Source of the DNA: Parasitella parasitica NRRL 2501
Lineage: Eukaryota; Fungi; Mucoromycota
NCBI GenBank assembly: GCA_025201805.1
Contig: MU619329.1
Coordinates: 42,154 to 106,153, forward strand
Reading direction: 5' to 3'
DNA: 64,000 nt
This document shows, piece after piece, positions 54,244-64,000 of the stretch. The translations under genes were made by a program, and so were the position numbers. Each line of letters opens with the position of its first letter. Position 1 is the first letter of the stretch. Under the pieces are notes generated by a model that saw only the letters and a program-made list of their open reading frames with translations, had not been told where the DNA came from and did no database searches.

Positions 54244-54717
54244 ATGGCTTCTCTATCTGATGATGCTATCCGCAAGGTAAGTCTCAGTTACTGATACAAG
54301 AGCAACGCGCTAGACAATGCACTAGGTCTTTGTGGAACTGCAAAGCAAATTCATCCATAGTCAACAACAAGCAAATACAGTCAAGGCTCAAATCGCAGGC
54401 AAGCAACGCGAGCGCAAACTAGCAGAACTAACCAGACGTGAATTGGATGGTTTGGATAACGATACCAAAACTTATAAACCCATTGGAAAAATGTAAGAAA
54501 GGCAAAACCACATCTATTTACGAGAGGCAACATCTTATAAGGAATGTCTAGGTTCATTCAAAGCCCATTAAGTGATATGAAGAAACACTATGTGGATTCG
54601 ATTGCTGAAGCAGATGCAGACATCAAAAATTTAGAAAAAACGCAGAAATACTGGGAGAGATCAGCTTCTGATGCTGAGGGCAACCTCAAAGACATTCTGC
54701 AAGGTCCTAGAACTTGA
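54244..54717 (+). CDS. PFDN1: Prefoldin subunit 1
   Basis: MASLSDDAIRK/VFVELQSK...RERKLAELTRREL...TKTYKPIGKM/FIQ...LEKTQKYWERS...NLKDIL. Not in the ORF track. Confidence 0.88.
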
Positions 54718-54944
54718 GCATGCTTCAACAAATAAAAGTTTTTCTTTTCTTTTTACGGTAGATTGATGGATGTAAATTACGATATTGTATATGATATGTA
54801 TATGTATGACAACTGGTATAACGACAAGGAACGGGATGAGCTATTGAAAGAAAAAGGTGGAGAAATTAGGGGGGTTGTTGGGGATGGAGGGGGGGGTAGT
54901 AGGTCGAGAGAAAACGGTGATATAATAAGAAAATAAATATATAG

Positions 54945-54983
<39 letters not shown>

Positions 54984-54992
54984 TATTGAAAT

Positions 54993-56874
54993 TTATATGT
55001 CAAAGGTTCCTCGTAAAATTTGAGATGTTTTGGTATGTAAAAAGTTCCTGACGCCAATGGCAGCGGCAGGGCTTCCACTATCACCCCTGGCGCTGCTTTC
55101 GCCACTCATAATACTGCTATTGCTGCTGTGTACTGCATTGTTGCTACGGCTTGCCTTTTCCATCTCTTTGGTGGTCTTGGCGCCTTCTCCTCTCAGGTAC
55201 TCGGCAATGGCCTTTAATCCTCCTCGTTTGGCTAGGTCTAGCGGGGTTGGTACCTGCTTCAATATGTAAGGGTTTGGATAAACACCAAATTCTCCAACGA
55301 GCTTCTGTATGGCTTTTAGTTTTTGGTTGCGAACAGCATAGTGTAATGGGGTCTCTCCTTTCTTGTCTCTTGGATCTGGTTGCGCTTGATAGTCCCTCAC
55401 GAACAGCGTGATAATACGTGTTTTGCCAACGATACATGCATAGTGAAGAGGTGAAGCTCCTAAATACATGTACAAAAATACGTTATGGAATGTTCTTTTG
55501 CGTTGCGATGCAATATACGTACCATTATCGTCTCTCATGCCGAGCAGTGCATTTCCTGATGCTCTCAGTATGTAGCCCACCATCTCATCAGACCCACTCT
55601 GGACAGCAGCATGAAGCACATTCTCCCCGTAGGGTCCTCGGCTCTCATGTAAATTGGCACTTCCACGTTCTAACAACAACCGGACACCGTTCATATAGCC
55701 CGTTTTAGCTGCCAACGCTAAAGGGGATATCTTGTCCTCCTTCTTTGCTGTTATCGGGTACACATTTGTATTGGCGCCGAGGTCAATCACCATCTTTATC
55801 GCCTCTTTGTTCTGGATCGCAATCAGGGCATGAAGCAGACTGTAACCCTCTTTAACGTTCTCGACAGTTTCTGAATTCTTGGCGAGGTTTGGGTTTCCAC
55901 CGCGGCGAACAAAGTTTCTGCCGAGAGAAAATAATGAGGTTTTTGGTTCATGACGGGGAGGGGGAGGGAAAAAATATGCAGCGTCCCACCTACCTAATGA
56001 GTTTCTCGACTTCTGGCTTGTCCGATTTTCCTCTGGCAATGGTGCCCCAGAAACCATCGCCGGCTCCAAACTTCAAGGCGTCTTCTGGTGGCGGTGTTTC
56101 CGATTGAGCGACTGCCGCTATTGCTTTTAGTGGTAGTGGCGAATTGCTGCTAATGCTTTTGTTGCTGTCATTTGGAGATTTTAACGACTGGGGAGAGGGC
56201 AAAGGGGCCATGTGAGGGGAGATGGGCAAAGTGCAAGAATCCTGATCAGACAGAGCCGAGTTGAGGTCAAACTCGCTATTGTCATTGATCTCCATATCAT
56301 CCTCGTTATCGCTGTCCTCGAGCAGCAGCTGGCTATCAAACAGGATGGGATCTATAAGCTCATCCGCCATGGAAAACGACTGGCGAAAGTAAGAGCCGCA
56401 AGACGACGAGGATGTCCTTGAGGACGTCGACACGAAGCTTTTAGATGAGATGCAACTTGCATTGCTCGACAGAATCGAGGCTCTCCTATTGTTGTAATTG
56501 TAGTTTATTCGCTGCTGTTGCTGCAATTGCTCGAACCTCGCCTTGTACATCTGGATTTCCTTCATTGACCTTTCATAATTTTGCGTCTGCAGTGCAAGAC
56601 GGTGCTCTGTCTTCCGCCTCGCCTTTTCCGACTGATCCAATGCATCAATCAGCGAATCGTGCTTGTCTCTCCAGCATATGATGATATGGTCCAAGCCAAT
56701 TGTCAATCTTCTTTGTAGATCCTTGCAATCTGCTTGGCTGATCAATTCTCTCAGCTGCTTTTCCGGCTCTGCTTCCTTGTAGTTTTGATTGAAAGGCTCT
56801 GATTTTGCTGCTTTCAGCGGCGGTGGTATCGGTGGCAGTGACAGTTTGTGGTAGTATTCTTCATTGTTGGCCAT
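54993..56874 (-). CDS. Coiled-coil + ankyrin-repeat protein
   Basis: Ankyrin repeats SPLALAA, NVLHAAV, SPLHYAC and GETPLHYAV; N-terminal coiled coil and Ser-rich linker. Confidence 0.85.
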
Positions 56875-57239
56875 TTTCTGGACTTCAAAGAAAGAAAGAA
56901 AAAAAAGAGAGAAAGAGAGAAGGAAGGTAGGGGAAGCATGATTTCACAGACGCAGCTTTATATCTAAAACGAGCCCCCCCCCCCCACCCCCACCCCTATT
57001 CTATTATCAAATAAAGTGATAATCCGAAAATTTCAATAGGGCCAATAGAGTCTGCTGATGCTCCCCTAAATCAAGCAAAGTTTATGCTTTTTAGTTGTTT
57101 AGCGTACCTCTTTGTCTACACAGCAGGTACCACAAAGAGATATTAAGGTATGCATGTTTATTTTCATGTTGCTTTGTACGCGGCACTATCTATTATATTG
57201 CTAATATATATTCATGGTGTGTTATAAATATACATTCGT

Positions 57240-59385
57240 CTATTCTGGCTCGACCATCTCCATGCCGTGGTAGCCTTGTCTGCTCGCCATTCCCTTGAAT
57301 CGCCTAGTGATGCCTATTTTAAAATAAATTGCATAAAAAGCATCATGTCAGAAAAACAGAATACGTCTCCCTATAGGCAAAAACAATGTGGTCTTACTAT
57401 CCCATCCTCTAGTAATGGCGGATCTGAACTTGACATGAACTAGCCAGACTGGAATAGCCAATAACACAATACCTAGCGCAATTGCACTTTCAATAGGGGC
57501 TTCTATGAACGGAGTAGTACATAAGAACAGTGCAACCAAACAAAACAAGACGGGTGTAGATAGCCACACTCGATAAGGCCTCTTCAAATCTGGCTCAGTG
57601 TATCTAAAGACTAGTAGGGAGAGCACCGCCAAAAAGTAAAATCTATCAGACAGCGTCAGTTGTCTGCGCAATGTATACTATCAACACTTTTTTTTTTTTT
57701 CCCTACATCCAGGCTGACAGCGAGTAAAAGTTGACGAGGACCCTGAATGAACCAATCATGATCATAACTGTCGTGAGGCAACCTTGCAAAAGCAATGCCA
57801 ATACAGGCGTGTGTCGTGATTGACTCAGTTTACCAAAAAAGCTAGGGATATGTCCCTGCTTTGCAGATACATATATGATACGTGCTCCTGTGAACACACT
57901 TGCATTGGCAGACTGTGATATAGGAGAAGCAGGTTAATCTCTCTCTTTTTCTGCACAGACCAGAATAATGAATTTTAAAAATATAACAATTACCCCAAAA
58001 CAACTAAGCGCAACACAGACTGCAAATACGATGCCACCCGCTGGTCCGAATATCTTTTTGCCAAAATCCATGGCAACTGTGTTTGTGTGCATGACAACTT
58101 GCGGACGCAGAGCAGCCAGATACGCTACGTTGGACAGCAGGTAACAAAAGATGACTAACGGGATACCAAAGATAATCACTCGAGGCAAATCGCGGTGGGG
58201 GTCCTTCATCTCGCCTGAAACGTAGTTGAGGTTATTCCAGCCTTCATACGCCCACAGACCTAGCATACACACAAGGAGTTGGTACATGTGCTCTTATCCA
58301 AGAAACGCGTATATATATATTATATATATATATATTTATAACGTAAATACCAGAGTAGAATGCAACCGCAAATTGTCCAAAGCTGATGGACCCAAATCCT
58401 TCAAACGGATCTCCCTGCAAGCTGTTTCCTACGACCAAGCCCTTGTTCGACAGGACGACCACGCCAACCACTGAAATGACAATGGCTGTCAGCACCTTGA
58501 CTACCGTAAGTATGTCTTGCACACAGATACCCGCACGCACGGAAAGTGCATTGATCAGTGTCAATACGCACAAACAAACAACAGCCAGCAATTTCGGCAG
58601 AAATGTAGGTATTACAGAGTCGGCCAATTCCACAGAAGCGTCTGAATCATGCGGCACATTGAAGAAATACGTGTGGTATGCAATTCTCGAGACGTAATCA
58701 CCAAATACAATGCAAATAATAGCTAAACTGCCAGGCTTCTGTATCACAATGGTGACAAACTCAAACATAAAGGAGACCAGGCTTCCAAATGCTCTGCCCA
58801 AATAAACCGCCTCGCCGCCATTCATTGGCAGCATCGTGCCTAGCTCTGCGTAACACAAGGCACCACATAATGCCAGTAAACCAGAGATGAGCCACACAAT
58901 CAGCGCAGTGCCGTACGCTCCAGAGGATGCCAACACAGGACCTGTATATGTATATATGTTTATATATATTGCTGTTGGAATGACTGCCTCTCTGCCTCTC
59001 TCTCTATTGTAAGCTTACCTGGAGAACTGAACAGCCCACTGCCAATCATCATTCCAACGACTAGCCCCAGTCCGTTTCCAAACGACACTTTCTTTTGCAA
59101 TTCAGGCCCTCGTGCTTGGCTTTGCGCTAATGGAATCATGGGTATAGTTTCAAACGAAAAGACGCTGCTGGAGGAGCTGTTGTCGTGGTGGGTGAGGGGC
59201 AGCAGTGTTTGGTGGTCGTCGTGTCTGTCATCGTCATAGTCGTCATCATCGTTTTGCTCGTCGTCTGCAACAAGCTGATGCGAACCAGTGCTGAAAAGCG
59301 AGTCTGCGTCTGACTCGTGTATTCTGAATGTTGTGTCGAGTGCCGACTCTTGATATATGCGATCGTGGTTGTTGTTCAAAGCCAT
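57240..59385 (-). CDS. APC-superfamily L-type amino acid transporter (LAT/Mup1-like)
   Basis: GMMIGSGLFSSPG, ALCYAELGTM, LWAYEGWNNLN and LKRPYRV. Confidence 0.92.
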
Positions 59386-59592
59386 TGTTGCGTCTCTTTT
59401 TTGTTCATGCTTTTGTGTTGTAGAAAAAAGGGGTATTGGAAAAACCAGAACTTTTTTTTTTTTTTCCAGCAACTATACAAGATAAATCAAATGCTGTGAG
59501 GTGATTGAAACCAATCAGTTATAAAAGGCAAAGTTTTTTCATGTTGAATATTTTAGTCGTTTTGTTTGTTATTCTCACAAAAAGATAAATAA

Positions 59593-60569
59593 ATGAGTCT
59601 GGAGGAAACAGCAGCAGCAGCAGCAGCAGATAAGCCAACGACTGTCGAGGCCTTGAGGCTGGCCTTGGAGCAGATGGGGCTCAACACAAAAGGTTACAAG
59701 CCAGAACTTAAGCAAAGGTACAAGAAAGCGCTGAAGAAGCAAAAGGAAGCAAATGCTGAAGCAGAAGCAGAAGCAGTAGCAGCGAACGTAACCATGACAA
59801 TACCACCGCTATCCCCTTCACCATCCATTGATCAATCGGCACCAGGAGTGTAAGTATTCTCATTTTGACATGTATGAAAGCAAAAATGCCAACATACTAG
59901 CACAGTAGAAAACAGCCGTTTGATTACTATCTGTTTTTCGACGTCGAAGCAACGTGCGAAGCAGACGGCGGATTCACATTTCCAAACGAGATTATTGAAT
60001 TTCCAGTAGTTCTAGTCGACGGCGAAACTTTTGACATTGTCGATGAGTTCAGATCCTACGTCAAGCCAACCCTCAACCCCACACTATCCAAGTTTTGCTT
60101 GGAACTAACAGGCATATCCCAAGAGACAGTCGACGAAAGCCCTGTCTTTATCGACGTCTTGAACCAGTTTCAAGAATTCCTGGCCAAACACGAGCTTTTC
60201 CAATCCAAATCTGCGACATTTGTCACTGATGGGCCGTTTGATATCCGCGACTTTATCACAAAGCAGCTCAAACACAGCAAAATTAAGCCTAGACCCGCCT
60301 ACTTTGACCTGCATTGGGTCAATATCCGCAAGTTGTTTCGAGAGTTTTACAAACAGCATGAAAACAAAAATATCGGCATGATGCTGCAGCATTTGGGAAT
60401 GCAGTTTGAGGGACGACAACATTCAGGCTTGGATGACGCGAGAAACCTAGCAATGATTGGCAAGAGGATGCATGAGGAGGGCTGTGTGTTTAAAACAAAC
60501 AACTGGTATGATCCTAAAAGACACAGACTCTACGATGCAAAAAAATCAATCGGTAGAAAACGAAGATAA
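59593..60569 (+). CDS. ERI1: ERI1-type DEDDh 3'-5' exoribonuclease with SAP domain
   Basis: SAP-like LRLALEQMGLNTKGYKPELKQR; FDVEATC, EIIEFP, VTDGPFDI and GRQHSGLDDARN. Confidence 0.9.
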
Positions 60570-61001
60570 CGAGCGACTGTACACGACAAGAGGACCGTAC
60601 ATGTTGTATATGTATATGTATATATAAAAATATGAAATATAAAGATTGTATCTACAAATGTGACAGAAGAGCTGGGCCACGTTACATGCTCTGGGCAATG
60701 TTATTTTGCACTGACGGCCAATACAAGTAGTCTAATGACCATAGATCATGCATTTGAAATAACAAACTGATTTGCCCTGACGCATGCGTCCCAACTAATC
60801 GTATCATTATAGAATGATGATGCATGAAGCTAATTTTTAGCTATCAAGTGCTTTCAACAAAACTTTTCATTTTTCATGAATAGCAAGGCGTATAGGCTGT
60901 TGGTTCCGGTATTGTTAAATAATGATTATACCGTAGGCCTCCAATTCAATTTGAAGTGGCATATAAAGAGTATCAGTGACTTTCTGACAGCCGATGTTCA
61001 A

Positions 61002-61011
61002 NNNNNNNNNN
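61002..61011. other. Assembly gap
   Basis: N run. Confidence 1.
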
Positions 61012-61070
61012 AAAAAAAAAAAAAGAGCAAAGGCTATTCATTTATCTTGTTTGTTTAATTTCAAATTTTA

Positions 61071-62320
61071 ATGATTTGGACGTCCTCGATAGGATCCGCA
61101 ATAGCAGGATATATGTCAATTCTGTTTTGGTTGGTTGTATTCATACCGTAAGTGTGGTCTTATCACCCTGCTACTTGTCAATGCTTTATGGTTGCACTAA
61201 AATCACATTATCTGTGTCAACACTCAGCCAACTACAAGAGAATTACCGACGCAAAAATGGGGATGGGCTTTCATTGACGTTCCTCTTGATATGGCTTGCT
61301 GGAGACGTGTTTAATTTAGCCGGAATCATTATGGAAAAGCTCATGCTCACGATGGTAACCCGTCAAAACATGTTTTTCAAGGCCAAATGTTTGTACTAAA
61401 AAAAATTTGCCCGTGGGAAACCACTATCAGTTTTTATTGGCTCTTTGGTACACTGTCGCAGACATTGGCCTCATTTGGCAGGTTGTTTATTATCAGCAAT
61501 GTGTTACAGTCGAGATTAATTGCGACAAAGAAGAAGCCATTATAGTCTTGAGCCCTAGAAAGCCATTAACACAACGACGAGTCAGTTTAGAAAAGTCAGT
61601 GTCGAGCAATGTGCTGGAACGACAAGCAAGTGTCCATGATGCGCTTTTGTATGACGATGAAAACCATGCAGATGTGGTCAATGACGATGGCGCAGCATGT
61701 GATAATGATGCTGCTGCCAGCAGCGACAGAGATATATTCACAGTTCCACCAAAGATCAAACCAATTTGGATTAATCTACTCGGAGCGAGCGTGCTGATCA
61801 TGCTGACTGTGACATCATGCTATGGCTATAGAATGACAACGACCAGGCTGCCAGCGATACATAGCAAAGAGGACGAAGAGATACAATGGATGCCTCAGAT
61901 ATTGGGTTGGATGAGTGCTGTGCTTTATGTTGGCAGTAGAATACCGCAGCTGATTAAGAATTGGCATCAACAAAGCACAGATGGTCTCAGTCCTGGTATG
62001 TTTGTGTACGCTGTCTGCGGCAACATCTGTTTTTCTTTGGTAAAGTAGATTAATTTCTATGATGTGTCTATACTCCCTGACAATTTTGCATACATAATCT
62101 AGTCAATCTTTTTAAAATCTGTAGAAAGAAGATATATTATAATTAATTTGCCTTGGATTGTTGGCAGCTTAGGAACTGTTATATTTGATATTATGGTAAA
62201 TAGCAGCAATTATGCAAATGTTTCATATGATTAACCAACTAGTGTGTCTTTATCATGTATCAGATATTTCTGCAGTTTTGCGTGTTTAGAAGACGTAGAC
62301 ATAAACATAGAGCTGACTAA
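61071..62320 (+). CDS. PQ-loop vacuolar cationic amino acid transporter (Ypq/PQLC2-like)
   Basis: WLVVFIP/QLQENYRRKNGDGLS and LYVGSRIPQLIKNW...STDGLS; NLPWIVGSLGT. Confidence 0.9.
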
Positions 62321-62574
62321 TCTTGAGAAATGAAGGAAGCTTGCTCATCCCCCTCCTCTCCTCCCTAATAACGAGACGTTGTAGTAGCAAAAATCAAGGA
62401 GCATTCGTAGGAAAGACTCCTTTTGAAACGAATTTACACTACTTTTTTCAAGTGCTTTTATTTCGCTTCTTTTACTAAATAACCTCGGCCAATTTCATAC
62501 ACGTTTATATAAAACTCCAGTCTTTTGGACACTATACAAAATCTATTCTATTTAATTTTCTATCGATAATAAAA

Positions 62575-63806
62575 ATGAAAATATCAGCACTGATTTTATG
62601 CTCTACTGTTGTAGTTTCGCTATGTAGTGGCAATGTCGTCAAATCAAGGTCGATATCACCTCGCAGTTCAAGATTTACGTCCATCTTTGCGTTTGGCGAT
62701 TCATACACAGATAATGGTTCACTGCAGAATTTTTATAACAGCAAAACTGACAAAATTGATAGAGCCAGGTATAATGTCATGGTAGAGACTCAAAATCAGT
62801 GCATCTAATTACCTATTTGAAAAATTCTATGCAGCCTGAGAACAGCAACTTCACCAACGGTAAGGTATTCTTGAATCTATATGCTATATAAATATCAACT
62901 TTTGTATGCATACTATAGATCAAACGGGAGGCTGATGGTCCGTTATGGGTAGAGTACCTTGCTGGGTTAATGGAGGATGCTAACCTGTATGATTTTGCTA
63001 GATCCGGTGCCACTGCAAACAATGTAAGCAGAACAAAGTCATTACAAACGCTGCATGTTGCTAATACATTTGCTTATTTATAGAAATTAATTTTAAGATA
63101 TACAGAGGATTTGAACGCCCAAGTAAACAGATACTTGCGGTCAGAAGCTTCCGCAGAACCGAAAAACGACTCGCTTTTCACCATATGGATAGGCGTCAAT
63201 GATATGACAGTTTTATTCAAAAAGCATCCTGTGGACACAGTAAAAAGGCAGAGTATCATTAATGGCGTCGTGAATACTGTTCGTTATGACATGGTAAATA
63301 GCTTGCTTGTCATACATATATCTCAATTTGATTGCGTTTTGTATAGGAGAAGCTGCGTGCTATAGGAGCAACCAATATTTTACTTTTAGGGCTGATCCCG
63401 CTGGAGAATTTGCCCTTATATCGTGATTTACCGTTAGAGGAAAAACACCAACTGGAAAAACTTGTGTCTGAATACAACATGAAGCTCGTTGAAATCATGG
63501 ATCATTTCAAGACAGATAATCCACACGTGAACGCATCTTTTTTCGACACAAATCAGCTGTTTAGGCAGCTTTTCAATCATACGCAAGTTGAAAGAAATGC
63601 TCGTTTGGATTGTAGAAAGAAGCCACATTGTGGAGAGTGAGTATACACACGCATTTTTAAAACATGGACCAAAATATTTAATTGAATTCTCTTTTGGGAT
63701 GTACATATATAGCCATATTTGGTGGGATTTCCTACATCCTTCTTCAAAAACCCATGCTGAAATTGCAGAGGCAATCTATCGCTACGTTAGCGCATTAAAC
63801 TGGTAG
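62575..63806 (+). CDS. Secreted GDSL/SGNH esterase (CE16-like)
   Basis: Signal peptide; AFGDSYTDNG, DGPLWVEYL, FARSGAT, IWIGVND and WWDFLHP. Confidence 0.9.
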
Positions 63807-64000
63807 CAACTTTCTGCTTTTTACCACAACATGCTGAACTACTGCCTCAAATTTCATTGCATGCATTTAATAAAAGAAGACTTTGTTTAGATGAAAGTTT
63901 TTGTTTAAAATCATAAAGAATTAGACGAATATTGTTGAGATCTGCAAGATCGAAATAAGAAAAGTATAATATAAAACGTTGAATTAACGAGATACGAAAA

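Overview
Gene-dense, intron-rich, AT-rich eukaryotic DNA. Short GT-AG introns with ctaac/ctaat branch points and the gene content point to an early-diverging fungus, most likely Mucorales (inference). About 29 protein-coding genes were reconstructed by eye, including three the ORF track misses (DHX16/Prp2 5' end, TIM8, prefoldin 1). Most are housekeeping genes. The most notable gene is at 1974-3335: its product matches my recollection of vertebrate BRF2, the SNAPc-dependent Pol III initiation factor, better than fungal Brf1 or TFIIB. The window also holds other animal-type genes that budding yeast lacks (INTS7, PP4R1, GSKIP). Other points: a DnaJ + TMEM185-like + Cys-string fusion, a secreted Thr-rich repeat protein, a small secreted Cys-rich protein, two dispersed non-coding repeat families (one with a near-invariant hairpin core), TE remnants and three assembly gaps. 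No rRNA, tRNA or CRISPR array was seen. All family calls come from recalled motifs, not database searches, and exon boundaries are manual.
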